Shown piece after piece: positions 48,236 to 62,871 of a stretch of DNA of 64,000 bases. Position 1 is the first letter of the stretch; each line of letters opens with the position of its first letter. Both the position numbers and the translations under genes were made by a program. The notes beneath the pieces were generated by a model that saw only the letters and a list, made by a program, of their open reading frames with translations, did not search any database and was not told where the DNA came from. The stretch is from NCBI GenBank assembly GCA_026770705.1, contig JANJGN010000004.1, forward strand, positions 195,796,001 to 195,860,000. The letters are read 5' to 3'. Source of the stretch: Isurus oxyrinchus. Its lineage: Eukaryota.

Positions 48236-51200
48236 ACAGATGCTGCCAGATTTCCAGCATTTTGCTTTTGAGAAATTAATTCAAATTCACACGAGACTGG
48301 AACCAGTCATCCAAGGAAGATGCTGCCAGAATTAGTTAATGAGATAGTGGAGGTATAACGAGTCACCAGTACCAGAAAAGGGTGCATCTGAAGAAAGCAA
48401 AGATTGGAAATTGGCCATGATCCCACAGTTCAGACAGTGCCAGAGTTTTAGAAAATTGCCAGTGTTATACCCAGGATAAACCCAGGAATACAGACCAGTT
48501 TAACCTTTAATGGGAAAGCTAGCCTAGGACAAAGTGGATCAAACAAAGCAGTATAGAGTGGGGTTATGTCAGGTGTTCAAGAATTGCAGCAAGACATGGA
48601 CATTTCTATGACACTCATATACCTTAATCATTAAGCCAAGAGTCACATGTGTGCTCAGAGACTTTAATCTTCTGTCAGAATCAGTGCTCTGGTCAAATCT
48701 AAAGAATAGTTCTTAACAGACAAGGAGGGTCAAGTCCACTGCAACTTAGTCACCCCAGTAACAGCAAATGGTTGTACATTAACTGGAAACAGACTAAGTG
48801 CACTGAGTAGAATCCACTTTCCAGAAATACACCATGTAGTGTCAAAGTATTTGCAGCTAGCCTCCCTCCCCAACATTCTCCCATTGACAATCATTCTAGT
48901 GTGGATAAGAACAGCAGTTAGGTTCACAAGATCAGTACTACCTAGTTAGTATAAAAGGGCATGGATTTATACAGAATTTCAGTATCCAGAGTGATCTGTG
49001 CCACGTTGAATACAAGGGAAAAAATTCATTCCTGATTGAAAGTATTAGCAAATGAGCTCAGCTAATGTTTCCAGCTCAAGTCACAATAGCTTGTACTGGG
49101 GAAAGCCAGGGAATTGAACTATATGGCCCAGCATCTGTTGGGGATTTGCTGGGGTCGATAATTAGGATAGAATGATGAACTCAATTCAGCTGAACAGGGA
49201 GGGCTACCAGCAAAACCAGAGGTTAAATCATGCTAGATGAAAAGTGGCTTGAATTTTTGAAGTGACTATAGTGGTCAGCAGGGGAGTGTCCATTGATGGT
49301 TTGGACATTCATAAGGCATTTGGTAATGTCTCTCAATGGATTGTTACAACCCATTGAATTGGAGGGAAATTGACCAGATGACAGTAGGGATAGTGGGTAG
49401 GTACTGTACCCTAATTGGCAGAAAGTGTGATTGGTTAAGGGTTTGGATTGAGACCTCAACTATTCTCTGTCAAGGGGTAGACATTTAGAAGGTTAGAGGT
49501 GATTTTATTAAAGTTCAAGATAAACCAGCCAGTTAGAGAGTTGATGACTTGGGGACGGAAAAATTAGAACCAGGCCAAGTGTGTAAATTATAAATACTAC
49601 ACAACTTAAGACTGGAACTCAAAAAGAGAACTAGACAAATGGGTAAATCAAAACACTTGGATAATGGGAAATGGAGCAGGGTGACAGATAAGCCATGACA
49701 TCATTTGAATGGCACAGCTGGCTCAAAGGGCTCCTGGTTGAGGCAGTCTCGTCTATCTGTTTGAGAAAGTGTGGACCTGAAAACAGGTGGAGACTGTCTT
49801 TTGTTCCTGCTCTCAAACATGGCAGTCATATCACTTAGTGCAAATTGAGCCAGTGCAGACTGAAGCAGCTAAACTCAGATGCAAAATCTCTTTGCATCAT
49901 ATCACCAATTCCTCCTTGGTGCCCAGACCACTATTTATCCCTCAATATCTCCATTCTACCTCGGGTGTGGAAAATAGCTAACTTGCAGTAACCCCTTCAC
50001 TACCTGTCAAGTTGCCCTGATGTCACAAACCACCTTCCGTTTGGTGACTGGAGGTGGCTTTTTAGTTTGGAATTAGTTAAAGCATCTTTCTACACATTCC
50101 AGCAATGCTTTTGTATTACTCTAACTTGAGATATTAAAAACAAACCGATACCTATACCTGAATTCAAGCCATGGACCACTGCATCTTTCTGATCCAGGAG
50201 GTTACTGCAGGGCTGCTGATACCTACAATGGTCACACTATCCTAAAGACAATCTAAAGTCAAATTCAGGACAATGGAAAGCTAGAAGTGAAACATCTTGG
50301 AGATGGTACACTTGAGCACCTCCCAAGCAACTTCTAGCCGCCTACAGAAGGGAGGTGGGTGCTATGGTAGCACCACTACCACTTCCAGATCTGCCTCATC
50401 TTTTTAAAGGCAGCTAGAGGTGGACAATTGAAAAGCAAAACGACTGCAGGTAGTGGAAAGTATGGTTAAAAACTCAGCAAGACTGGTAGCATGTGGAGAG
50501 AGAAACAGTTTTGACTGAGGAAGTCATGTTGTTTGACTATTTCTGCACAGCTGCTGCCAGATTTGATGGGACAAGTTGGCCTTTCCAGTCACATTACATG
50601 AGAATTTTTCTGGAGGAGTTCAACGGTAAGGGGGTGAGAAGCCTATTCCAGAGGCTTTGTTCTATTTTGTAGAATGGTAACTGCTCTAATGAACATTTTT
50701 AACCATGAACTATTAGGGGTTTACCCAAGAAGGTTGTTTCAGCAAGTCAGAACAGCTCTATAATGGACTGGGTTATGGTCAAATTGAATGACTGATGTCT
50801 AAGAGCACACAAACCAGGACAAACTAGACCAATACGATCCTACTTCTAGCACCTTCACCCCAGGGCCATTAGGAATGGACAATACAGACTATTGCCAGCA
50901 GTACCCACAAAGTATGAAATTAAAAAATCACTGCAAATTGACATTTCATACACAAGGGTCACATTCTTTGCCTTATACACAAGTTTTGTTGAAAGTCCTC
51001 TTGCCAAATTGGTACAATCCCATATACTGACAGGCCACATGGAAGTGGTAATGTTCTACCTATAACCACATCAAACCAAATGTCAAGAATTGAGCTCAAA
51101 ATCCACCTGTTCTTCAGTGAAGGGGTTAATCTTTAGAAATTAAACCAGAAACTTCAATGCCCCACATTAGGGTCAAAGTGCACCTAACTGGCAAATGGAC

Positions 51201-53460
51201 TTTCATGGACTTGAGCATCACTGGCTAGGCCAGCACTTATTGCCAATACCCAATTACCCTGAAGATGGTGAGCCACCTTGAACCACTGCAGTCCACATGT
51301 AGGTACATGGAATGCTGTTGAGGGAGTTCCTGAATTTTGGCTCAGTCACATTGAATAAAGGGTGATACAGTTTGAAGTCAAGCTCACTTAAATCAAATTG
51401 TCTAAAAACAATCTATTCAACTCTAGGGATATGACTGTTTACCTTGGCTTTAAACACTCAAGTTTTAAAAAGAACCACATTTACAGGAAGCATTGCATTA
51501 CACTACACCAAAATCTTACCTTGTCCCTTACAGAGAACTAGGAGGATCCAACCAAAGAATATTGAATCAAGGAGGAAGCTCCCATTGAATGGCAATGGAC
51601 AAGTTCCTGAATGAATTAGGTATATGGATGCATAAAGGTAACTAGTTGTACCAATGTGGAATGCAGTTACTGGCATCTGTGGTCAAATATACTTCACAAG
51701 GTTGTAATCCTGCTTTCATCCAATTAGAGGTTGGCCTCATTCCCAGTGACCCTGTTGGGAAGTGCACATGAAGTTTGCCATGATGCTGATTCATGGTTTC
51801 AGCACAACACTAAACAGTAACTAAGTATAGAAAGGCAGACCACCAACCCCTCTGCACTGAAATGGACAGTTACTCCACATGAATGATTAATGATCTTTGG
51901 CAAGTAGCCTGCCTCCTTTTAGTTTGAACAGCTCAAGAGTCAATTCCTAGAGCAAACTAATCAACCAGTCCACCTAAAGCAGATCCTCTCCTAGATGACA
52001 GCAGCAGGTGGGCCAAGTCCAGTTGAGATAGATGCATCACAACTGGACTTCTCCCTACCAAACTAACACTTGTTATAATCAACTCTACCCTTTGCTCAGA
52101 TCATCAGGTCTTCAACTGAGACAAACCAGCTAGTGACATGTAGACTTACCTAGAGTAGCACAGGCTAACAATACATTGCCCAAACTATTTCTGCACATGG
52201 TGCACAATTTAATAAGTGGTCCTTTGGTCCAATAATATCTCATCCCCTCAAACAGCTTCCAATGCCATGCCTAGAACTTTATTCCTTGGTTGAGAAAGTT
52301 CAATATCTGTATTCCATCAAGAACAAAGTTCACTCCAGTTGGTATAAGTCAACCAAATGTCTGCAGGTGAATCCCCAGTTTGGCACCAGCAACAGATGAA
52401 GCATAGTTCAGCACAGCTGGTGTACTCATTGAACAAGCTGGAGATTTAGTACACACTCAAGGGTTAATTATGTATATTAATAGTCAGGCATAGATCAGGA
52501 TAACTATCATCAAGTGATCCTGTTTTTCCATTACTGCAAAACACATTCTCAAATCTTTCACACTTCAGGAACCCTTGACTCTTGGGGAAAAAAATCCCAT
52601 AGGGATTTCTAGCTACTACCTAATGATCACTTTGTCCTGTGCATTGACTAGTGTTTAGGAGTTTACTCTTTTGAAGACAGTCATTAACATCTAACTATAT
52701 CATCTAAATACTTCAGTTCATCCTCTTACACGTGCATTGCCTGACCACACCCATAAAGCCTGTGGCCAAGAAAGTTTATTGCAAAAGATTAAAGATCACA
52801 ACCAAAAAATAGGTCCAGATCAACCATGACCTAAAGTCTAGTGGAGTGAGTTTGAGAAGCTAAAGTCTCCTTGTTTCTCTCAAGCAGTTAATGGGCCTCT
52901 ATTGATGCAGACTTCAGTGCACCACTCATACTGCACTAACATTTGATTTTGAACTTAGTTCAGACCCAGGTAATTCTGACATGAGTCTAGTTAGTTAAGT
53001 TCTCAATCCCAAAATAGGATCAGTATTTTTGAAAATTCAGTTGTAGTGTCTAGAGTATAGTCTGCATACTTGCATCATCTCACTTTTCAAAGCCCAGAAT
53101 TTTATTGGGCAGATAAGGTACAACAATTCAAATAGGATTTTAAATCTGAGCTGTTTAAATACAATGTGCCAAATCTGATAATCCAGTCATGCCATATTAA
53201 AGACAGTATTTCAACTCAACTAGCTCATGCTAGTGTTCATGCTCATGAGCCTCCCCACTACCCCCCATGCTTCTACATTCCTTTTTCTCCCTCATACATC
53301 GGAGACTAGGCAAGTACATGTTTCTCAATTTTATGATAGTGAAATTTCTGAATTAATTATTGCTTTCAGTAACTTTAGAATCCCTGTTCTAATCTCCTCA
53401 GCAAGTAGAGGCATCTACCCACCTTATCCAAGCTCTTCCTAGGAACGAGTTAGGCATAGA

Positions 53461-54329
53461 CTTAAAAACAGAAAATTGCGGATGCTGGAAATCCAAAACA
53501 AAAACAGAATTACCTGGAAAAACTCAGGAGGTCTGGCAGCATTGGCAGAGAAGAAAAGAGTTGACGTTTTGAATCCTCATGACCCTTCAGCAGAACTGGT
53601 TGAATCCAAGGAGAGGGGTGAAATATAAGTTGGTTTAAGGTGTGTGTGTGTGTGTGTGTGTGGGGGGTGGGGTGGGGGGTGGGGGGGGGGGGGCGGGCAG
53701 TGGTTGTAGGGACAAACAAGCAGTGATGGGAGCAGATAATCAAAAGATGTCACAGACAAAAAGAACAAAAGAATGCATTGTTCTAGTGAAGCCCAACGCA
53801 AACTGGAGGAACAGCACCTCATCTTCCGACTAGGCACTTTACAGCCTTCCGGACTGAATATTGAATTCAACAACTTTAGATCTTGAACTCCCTCCTCCAT
53901 CCCCACCCCCCTTTCTGTTTCTTCCCCCTTCCTTGTGTTTTTTCCAATAATTTTAGATTTTTCTTTTCCCAACGATTTCCATTATTTTTAAATCTTTTAT
54001 GCCCCCCCACCCCCACTAGAGCTATACCTTGAGTGCCCTACCATCCATTCTTAATTAGCACATTCATTTAGATAATATCACCAACTTTAACACCCGTGTT
54101 CTTTTGTCTGTGACATCTTTTGATTATCTGCTCCTATCACTGCTTGCTTGTCCCTACAACCACACCACCCCCCCTCCAGTCCTCTCCCCCACCCCCCACC
54201 TTAAATTTCATCCCTCTCCTTGGATTCACCTAGTTCTGTTGAAGGGTCATGAGGACTCAAAACGTCAAATCTTTTCTTCTCCGCCGATGCTGCCAGACCT
54301 GCTGAGTTTTTCCAGGTAATTCTGTTTTT
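53461..54329. mobile_element. Penelope-like element with inverted pLTRs; contains a (TG)n tract
   Basis: Minus-strand pLTR at 53464-53770. Plus-strand GIY-YIG C-terminus (CSSEAQRKLEEQHLIFRLGTLQPSGLNIEFNNFRS*) and pLTR. TSD GTTAGGC(A/T)TAGA at 53449-53460 and 54330-54341. Confidence 0.9.
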
Positions 54330-54904
54330 GTTAGGCTTAGAGTGATGTTAAGATCAGCCACGATCTTATTGATGGTGGAGCAGGCTTCAGGAGCTGCGTG
54401 GCCTACTTGTGCTCCTAGCATGTTCTTTAAAAAAAATCTAAGAAAGCATTGAGGTAAGAGCCCTGGGCCTGTTTAAACAAGATTAGTACCCTCTCTGGAC
54501 CAGTTGTGTAGGGTTCAAGTATAGTTCAACCAAGGCTCAATGTTTAAAGAAGTAAAATACCTAGGTTGGCTGGAAACCTCAGCAGGTCTGGCAGCCTCTG
54601 GAGAGAAGCAGAATTAATGTCAAGCCAATATAACTTCCAGCACTTTTTCCAATACAAGTTTTAGTTGTTTCAATTTGATCCCTCTAGACTCCTGTTGGAC
54701 TGTGCACTCTGTACTTGTACACTCTGTACCTGTACTGGAGTCAGCTGGTATTTTTAAAAAAATCAGTCAGGTTCAGGACTTCAGCAGGATATAGGCAACT
54801 TCTGGAGATATGGGGAGACCCCTCAAGTCTCTTCTACACAACTGGTAGAGGCAAAAACCTCAGGACCAATAAGGGAAAATTTGGTCTTTCAGTCAAGTTC
54901 TGTT

Positions 54905-56110
54905 CTACATGTTGAAGCTTTCATCTTGCACTCATCAGGACAAACAGGAATGTCAACCTAGAACAATTTCAATTTACACTACAGGAAAGGATGCCAATTG
55001 CCTTCTCCATGGCAATGCCTCACTGACAGGATAGGTTCCAAGCCCCTTTGTAATTGAAAAGAGGTGCAAGGCTTGAACATATTCCTTTTTGGCAAAGAAT
55101 GGGTCTGTGTACAAATACCCTGCTAAAGCACCATACACGTGATCCATAGAGCTCAATTGAGCTTAAATTGGTTGTCAGTGTAGCACAGGCTTGTTCAGCA
55201 AGTGCTGCATCACAACAGAAGACATGTTTTTGGCTTTTCAAGTGCAGGCTGTTTAGTAATTTGTATGTAATGGGCAGACTAAAGGAACATGCTGCCTGAT
55301 TTGATCAATTGTTGGGATGTATAGCCATTGCTCAACTGTGGTAGGCAGAACATCTTTGGGCTGAAAATGCCACTTCCATAGCAGCACAGCTTCCTGAACT
55401 GTTCAAATTGATATTTTCCTTTCCAGGGACAATTGGAGGAAGACTGGTCATTAAGGAGTGGCCTCTTGGCCCACTTGAGAGTTTGAGGTAGAGTCTCATC
55501 AGGTTAGCCATTGTCCTTCAAGCTAGCTTTGTGCTCCATTTCTGTCAAGCTTACAAGGTGAGCAAGTTACAAGATGAGGCCAATCTTATAGCATGTGGAG
55601 CCATACAAATCTGTATTGGCCAGTAAAGGTAGGCTTGTGATAGACTGACAAACCCATTGGTGGATTTCTCAACTAGCATGAGAGAAAAAGGAGAGTACAT
55701 TAAACTGCTCCATCTTAAAATTGGATCACTGGATGGTGTTGGAAGTTCATACACATGGCTGCATGTTTCAAAGATCGAGAATGCAACAATATATTGGAAA
55801 TATGCATGGTTCCCTTTCCTCCCGCAAGTAAAATATCATGATCATTTGATGTTTAGCATTGTCCTGATAAGTGCAAGATGAAACCTTCAACATTGCAATT
55901 CCATCCCTCAGGGCATCAGTACTAGTGATGGAGATGACATGGAATGAGACTACTACCCCTCCAAGGGCACTGTGTATGAGGTTTGGTATCCAACTGAAGT
56001 GTAACACCTTGCTATTCCAAGTGGAAGACCTTAGGGCTCCAGGGATAGATATTTCCCAGAACAGGTTAACTGACTTCAGTGAAAACAGATGTCATCCATC
56101 AGTAGATAGT
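54905..56110. mobile_element. Second Penelope-like family, degenerate, with two oppositely oriented hammerhead-like motifs
   Basis: tgtcCTGATGAgtgcaagatGAAA on the minus strand (54910-54942) and tgtcCTGATAAgtgcaagatGAAA on the plus strand (55860-55892). GIY-YIG-like remnant (GYTSQQL..IRQHVP) on the minus strand at ~55280-55330. Confidence 0.6.
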
Positions 56111-57339
56111 AACTGATGAGCTAGTGGATGGGGCAGGAAAAGTCCTAATCACTTAATGTTCCTGGCAGGCAGTTTCTAAATAAGTGGAATTTGGAAAACT
56201 TGACACTACACCTTAAAAATGGAATACTCGGGGTTCTTAAAATAGATTTAGAGTTTCCCCTGGAATCAAAGCATTTTTGAAGAATACAGAAGATGTGAAT
56301 GTTTGACTCGGTCAATGCCAAGAGAGCTCACTGGGCCTTGATGCTGAAATGCGTGGAGATTAATTCTCTTGTTTGCATCAGGCTAGCCACACTGAAGCTG
56401 GAAGACAAATGGACAATGAACTAGTGCCTTGTCCAGTGTTTAGAAAGACTGAAGCTCAAACTTTGAACAGGCACCCAGGTTGTAACATTCTAATCTCTGC
56501 TCACTGTTGAGGGAAGACAGTGAAACTCTAAACCAAGGAAATGTCACTCCAAACCTCCATTGAAGTCAGTTTCACAGCCAAGATCCCACAAGTATGTGGT
56601 TGGCTAGTTGATCTATAAAATTGATTTGAGGGAAGGATGCTAGCAAGATACAAAACTCAAATGTGGGATTTGAACAATCAGAAATCCTGAATCAGGAACA
56701 GAACCTAGTCACATTTGAAACTGATCCCTGAAATAGTATCTGCTGGAATCCTTGGGTCTGCCGGAGGACAGCCAACCTTATTGATTCACCCCAAGGAGTC
56801 AGATGCTGGAGGGGAAATTTTGCAGCCAAGTTAACCCATGTGACAGGATAAAAGAATCTTGCAAGAATCAGCAAGTCACAATCACACATCCCAGACAGTC
56901 ACTCCCTCCACCCTGTACCATCTACAGGATCTACCACAGCAGCTTGCTCAGGCCTGTCCAACACTGAGGAAGTCATGTGCTTCGGAGCACCATCACTTCC
57001 CATGATTAACTATCCCCATCCCTTCACTGGGATTGGGTCAAAACCTTGGAATCCCTCCCCAGCAGCACTTTGTGCACTTACATCAGTCAAAATGGCCCAT
57101 AACTTCAGGGTCAGTGGCACAGGCCATCCACTCCATGCTGGTGTTTAAACTCCATTTGAGCCTCCTCCCATCTCATCACAACTGTTTTTCCCCCTCATGC
57201 CTGTCTAGCTTCCCCTTAACTGCACCTATGCCATTTGTTTCAAACACTGGTTCTTTGGAATTCCCCCTTACTGGGCTAAGAGGGTGCAAGGTCAGTGGCT
57301 GAGGGAGACAGTTGGGGACCAGTTAGTAAGACTGACAGT

Positions 57340-58020
57340 TGGAGTCAGTGGTGGTTGGAGGTCAATTCTCTCAGTTCCAAGGAGTTCCTCAGGGTAGTGT
57401 CCTAGATCCAGCCATCTTCAGCTGCTTTGGTGGCCTATAAGGTCAGAACTGGGGATGTTTGCACCATGTTCTGCACCCTTCATTACTTGTGTTTGTGCCC
57501 ATATCCTGGGCATTCATGCTTGGGCTGATAAGTGGCAAATAGCATTCATGCCACACAAGTGCCAGGAAATGACAATCTCCAATGAGAATCTAATGATCAC
57601 TTCTTGACATTGTGGCATTACATCACTGATTACAGCCCTAACATCATGGTGGTACCATTGACCAGAAACTGAACTGGACTAGCCATATAAATACCTGTGG
57701 CTGCAAGAGCAGGTCAGAGGCTAGGAATCGTGCAGTGAGTAACTCAGCTCCTGTCCCCAAAGCTTGTCCACCAGCTACAAAGACACAAGTCAGGAATGTG
57801 ATGGAATACTCTCCACTTGCCTGGATGAGTGCAGCTCCAACAACACTCAAGAAGCTCAACACCATCCAGGACAAAGCAGCCCACTCAATTGGCACCCCAT
57901 CCATAAACATTCACTCCCTCCATCACTGATACAATGGCAGCAGTGTACATCTATAAGATGCACTAGAGCAACTCCAGGCCCTTAGACAGCACCTTCCAAG
58001 CCCATGACCTCTACCACCAA
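57340..58020 (+). mobile_element. LINE RT C-terminal fragment (CR1-group)
   Basis: GVPQGSVL at ~57381; ORF reads QVRNVMEYSPLAWMSAAPTTLKKLNTIQDKAA. Confidence 0.85.
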
Positions 58021-59339
58021 AAACCTTGCAATCCTCCCATGGGGTTCATTGCACAATCAAACTAGCTACTGAAAGAGACCTTTTTCTCATTACTTAGCCT
58101 TAAGAAATAAACTGTTCGGTAAAATCATACTAGAACCTCAACCACATTCCCAAAGGTTTCTTTAAACCGTTTGATGGGTTCCTCAAGTCTTATTCCATCT
58201 CACTCCATCAGCCCCAAACTCATCTCAGCTGGGAAGGATGCAGAGTAAACCCCATCTATATCCCAATCCAAACCTGATCCCAGGACAGCAGTCAGATGCT
58301 TACGTACATGGATTGCAGCATAGACTGGGCCCTACAGATCCCTAAAGAAAATTCAATTAATTAAAACAATGTTCTGGCGCAGCTAAGTATGGGGAGACAA
58401 ATGTTAAATGGTACTGAGATAAGTGTAGCTCTAATGAAAAAGGATGAATTAAGGAAATTGGAAATAATATTTCCTACTAAAGTTAAACAAAATGAAAGGA
58501 AACAGATTGGAGAATACAAGTGAAGCCAGCAATGGGTTGTTCCTGGCTCTGTGGGCCAATTGAGGCAAAGATGAGCCAGGTTGGGATGATAACTTTGTAT
58601 TTAACCACTTTCACATTACTTCAGTTCTTATTTCTAGGATGTTTGATCTGAAATCTCAAGGGATTAGGCCCTACAGTTTTTGTTAATTATACACAAAGCC
58701 ATTGGTTCCCACCAGGGCATCTATCTTTCCACTTGACACCCAGGATAATGCACCATCAAATAGTACATAACTGCACTCAAATCACAGCACCTTAATGTAA
58801 GATAGTCTATATTTACTTAGCAGTTGAATTACCTGCATTTGCTCTGGATCTGCAATTGCTCTGGATTGAAATGAATGCTCAGGTTTGGGATGGGGGGGGT
58901 GCGGCAGGTGGAGGGTGAGGCGTGAAGAAGGGGGACTAGAGTTGCCACCCAAGAACTTAAAAGGTTAATTGAAAGGGCCAGGTTACAAATACATAAATTT
59001 GGTTTGCATTCCTTAGGGGGCCCCAGGGACTACTGAAAATGATCACAATTTAATGAGAATGCATAAAAGCCACTTCTCTACTGGAAAAGCCAAAACAAGG
59101 TGTCAGAAATTAAGCTCATTTAAACATTTTGCACCCCTATAACTTGTGGGTGAACCAAAATGCTCCAAAGTAGATTTGTTAACAAAAGATATAGCCGGCC
59201 AAATGGAGTCAAGGTACAGATCAGCGCCGATCAGATTGCTTGGTGGAGTAGGCTGGGAAATTATCACCTGAGGCTTCCAAGGAGTTGTGGGGTAGTGTAA
59301 CAGGACATTCGATGGAGAGTTGTCCCTGTGCATCCTCAA

Positions 59340-60960
59340 ACCTGGGATGAAAAGTCTTATTATATAGGGTATTGGTGTGACCAAGTGTGTAGCATTTGGG
59401 GATATAACTGCCCTCGAGTGTTGCAAAGGTTCACTAGGCTAGTTCCTGCGATGAAGAGGTTGTCCTGTTGGTGGGGTGGGGAAGAAAGAGAAGAAGATTG
59501 ATTAGACTATGCCTTTATTCCATGTGAGATTTGAATGAGACGATCCAACAGAAGCAAAATTAAAGGATAGAATAGGGTGGATGTAGAGTAATATTTCCCC
59601 TGACCATAAGCCACAAGCTGTAGGAGTAGGCCATTCAACCCAGAGTCTGTTCCACTAATAAAATCATGTCTGATCTGATAATCTTCAACTCCACTTTCCT
59701 GCCTTTCCCCCCCGCCTCCCGCCCCATAACCCTCGATTCCCTTACTCAAAAATCTTTCAGCCTTGAATATACTCAGTGACCCCAACCTCTACAACCCTCT
59801 GCAGTAAAGAATTCCAGATTGACTATCCTCAAGAAATTCCTCTTCATCTGTCTTAAATGGGCACCCCCCTATTCAGATTATGCCGTCTGGTCCCAGACTC
59901 TCCCACAAGGGGAAACAACCTCTCAGCATCTACCCTGTCAAGCCCCCCAAGAATCTTATATGTTTCAATAAAGTTGCCTCTCATTCTTCTAAACTCCAAT
60001 GAGTACAGGCCTAACCTACTCAACCTCACCTCAGAAAAAACCCTCTATCCCTGGGATCAACCTAGTGAACCTTCTCTGGACTGCCTCCAATGCCAGTAAA
60101 TCTTTCCTTAGATAAAGGGACCAAAATGGTTCAGTATTCTAGGTATGGTTTAACTAGTGCCTTGTATAGTTGTAGTAAGACTTCCCTATTTTTATACTCC
60201 ATTCCCTTTGCCTTCCCCATTACCTGAACTTGTATGCTAACTTTGTGATTCATGCACAAGGGCCCTCAAATCCCTGTGCTGCAGCTTTCTGCAGTCTTTC
60301 TCCATATAAAAAAAAATATTCAGCTCCTCTATTCTTCCTGACAAAGTGCATAACCTCATTTTCCCACATTATATTCCATCTGCCACTTTTTGGCTTACTC
60401 ACTTTAACCTGTCTATATTCATCTGCAAACTTTGCAATAACACATTCACTTCTCACCCAAGTCATTAATATATATTGTAAATAATTGTAGCCCTAGCACC
60501 AATCCCTGTAGCACTCCTAGTTACATCTTGAAATGTCCCCCATATCCCAACTCTTGTTTATTAGTTAGCCAATCCTCTATCCATGCTACCAACATCATGG
60601 ACTCTTATCTTAAGCCTTCTGTGGTACCTTATTGAACACCCTTTGGAAATTGAAATATATTACATCTACCGGTTCCTCTTTGTCTATCCTGCTTGTTACC
60701 AAAGAATTTTAAAAAATTTGTTTTTTCCTGGTTCGAAGAATATAGAACGTCAGATCACATTCTTAGAAGGGATGGCCATTCAGCAAAGACATTTCCAAGG
60801 GTTGAGAATCTTAAATTCTCTACTTCAGCCACGGATGTTCATTACTTAATTCTTTAGGTGCTCCAGGAAGAGAATAGTGCACAAGAATAGAGGTAGAAAA
60901 TTAGCTAGGATTTTGAATGGTGGAGCAGGCTTGAAGTGCCGATTCCTCATTTCTTTGCCT
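59340..60960. mobile_element. CR1 cluster: minus-strand CR1 (~59605-60700) nested in a plus-strand CR1 3' remnant
   Basis: IAKFADE and EVMHF motifs on the minus strand. The plus-strand remnant stops at atttcccc (~59600) and resumes at tttttcctgg (~60720). Confidence 0.75.
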
Positions 60961-61399
60961 CCCCAGAAACAGTGCCATCTCATTTCACCCCTCTACAACT
61001 TACATTTATTTAGCACCTGTCACGATTAAGAAAAACACCAAACTGCATGCGAAATATTGAACCAGAGTTCAAAAATCCACACAAGCCACTGGCTGGAATG
61101 CTCTAGGACAACTGAGATAATGGAACCCCACCCTGTTGCCAGATGAGGTACTTTTTAAAAAGACATCCAGAACCCAACTGCTCCCTCCAATAGAGGAAAT
61201 GGAGCATAATGAGAGGAGAATTAAGAAATCCCGTGAACAATGCCCAGACAGAGGTGAATTTACTTCCCACTTGTAATATACAAAAGGGGTTAAAAGTGAG
61301 CAGAGAAGCTGCCCTAGTCTGTCGGTGGGTGTGCTGAAAGCAAGTGCTGGTTAAGTTCAATTCAGAAATAACAGCCACACATACTCCTGCACATCACCA

Positions 61400-61807
61400 T
61401 TTTGCAGGTATCCCAGTCTCCCTCTGCTGAATTCAACACTACTGGAACCTTGAAACCGACCATCCTCCACTGGAGTCAAATCTACCGGACCAAGCGAAAT
61501 GCTCCTTTTTAAGCTGTATGACCATATATGCATGTTTATTTTTCTTCATTTCGTGGTTCATGAACTTACTCATTCCTTTAACCAAGTCTGATCAAATTGG
61601 CTCCTTCAAAACCAGAATGATTGGGTCTGGGAAAAAGTATCCTCAAAGGGATCCTTCAAATTAAAAATAGTGACCAACAGAAAGGAGGCCAAATAAAGAC
61701 AGAGCCAGTTCATCCCTCATCTAGGACATCATTTGGGGAAGTGACAAATTGAGTCTTCCTAAATCAACAACTTGGGGAACCTCACCCCTGGGTGGTGGAT
61801 CGTAACA
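61400..61807 (+). repeat. Dispersed repeat / possible solo LTR (homologous to 14660-14830)
   Basis: Shared sequence blocks with 14660-14830; ends in cgtaaca. Confidence 0.4.
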
Positions 61808-62078
61808 CCTCATGGTAAATTAGGACAGGGCAGGTGACAAAAACATGGTTCAAGGAGGTGGATTCTAAAAGAGACATCCCTCAGGAGAAGTTCCTGAGCT
61901 TATGACCATAGGCAGTTAGCTGTGCTTTCAGCTGTCTTACGACAGATTAATGTTGGGGATGCAGGAGTGGCTAGAATTACAGTGTAGAGATCTAGCTTTT
62001 AGGAATGAGTGGAGCTGGAGATACAATGCAGTGATGTTTTAACATTTTACCGGTGTAAACTGGGGGAGTAAGAGCAGC

Positions 62079-62219
62079 AAAAACAAAAATAGCTGGAAAA
62101 ACTCAGCAGGTCTGGCAGTGTCTGCTGAGAGGAATGCAGTGCAGATGCTGCCAGACCTGCTGAGTTTTTTCAGCTATTTTTGTTTTAGATTTCCAGCATC
62201 TGCAGTTTTTTTGCTTTTA
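62079..62219. mobile_element. Fold-back Penelope pLTR-derived mini-element
   Basis: ~45-bp inverted arms (aaaaatagctggaaaaactcagcaggtctggcag / ctgccagacctgctgagttttttcagctattttt) plus a one-sided tail. Confidence 0.8.
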
Positions 62220-62871
62220 CCTTAAGAGTGAAAGAAGCAGACTGACTTGAAAGTGAGAGGGAATTTTAACTCTAACCTGGAAAGACTGTGTAGTGAGAGT
62301 CTGATGAGCAAATGTAACTAGAGTCGATCAGTTAAAGTTCAGGGTGGGAGGCAGGAGAGAACAGGCCAGACAGAGCAGCAAGACAAAGATTTTTAAAAAA
62401 AAGTTTGATGACTTCAGTTAGACACAGACAGTGCTGATCCCCATCTTAAAATTAGATCCGAAATGACAACCCATTTTATTTTTGTCCACACTGGCTCACG
62501 GAGGAAGGAAAACAAAGGATTTGGATATACTCCAGTACATTTATTTATAGAGTGGAGCTGCACTGAGGCAACCCACTGAGCACAGGATGTCTTCAGCTTA
62601 GCATCTCATTTAGCCTCAAGGTGTATAGGCTGGGTTGAAATGGAGAACAGTTCAAATCCCACCATGGGCAATGGGAGAATTGGAATTTAAAGCCAGTGAA
62701 AGTGAGCATGAAGTGGATTGTTGTAAAATAAACCCTGTCCTTCCTGTGACTCCAGTCAAGGACTATTGCATCAAAGCATTCACTGCCTAGGGATGGGTAA
62801 TAGATACCAACTTGCCAATGACCAAGAATGAGAAGCACAACCAGAGACAGCTCAGCCCAAGGATTATCCTT

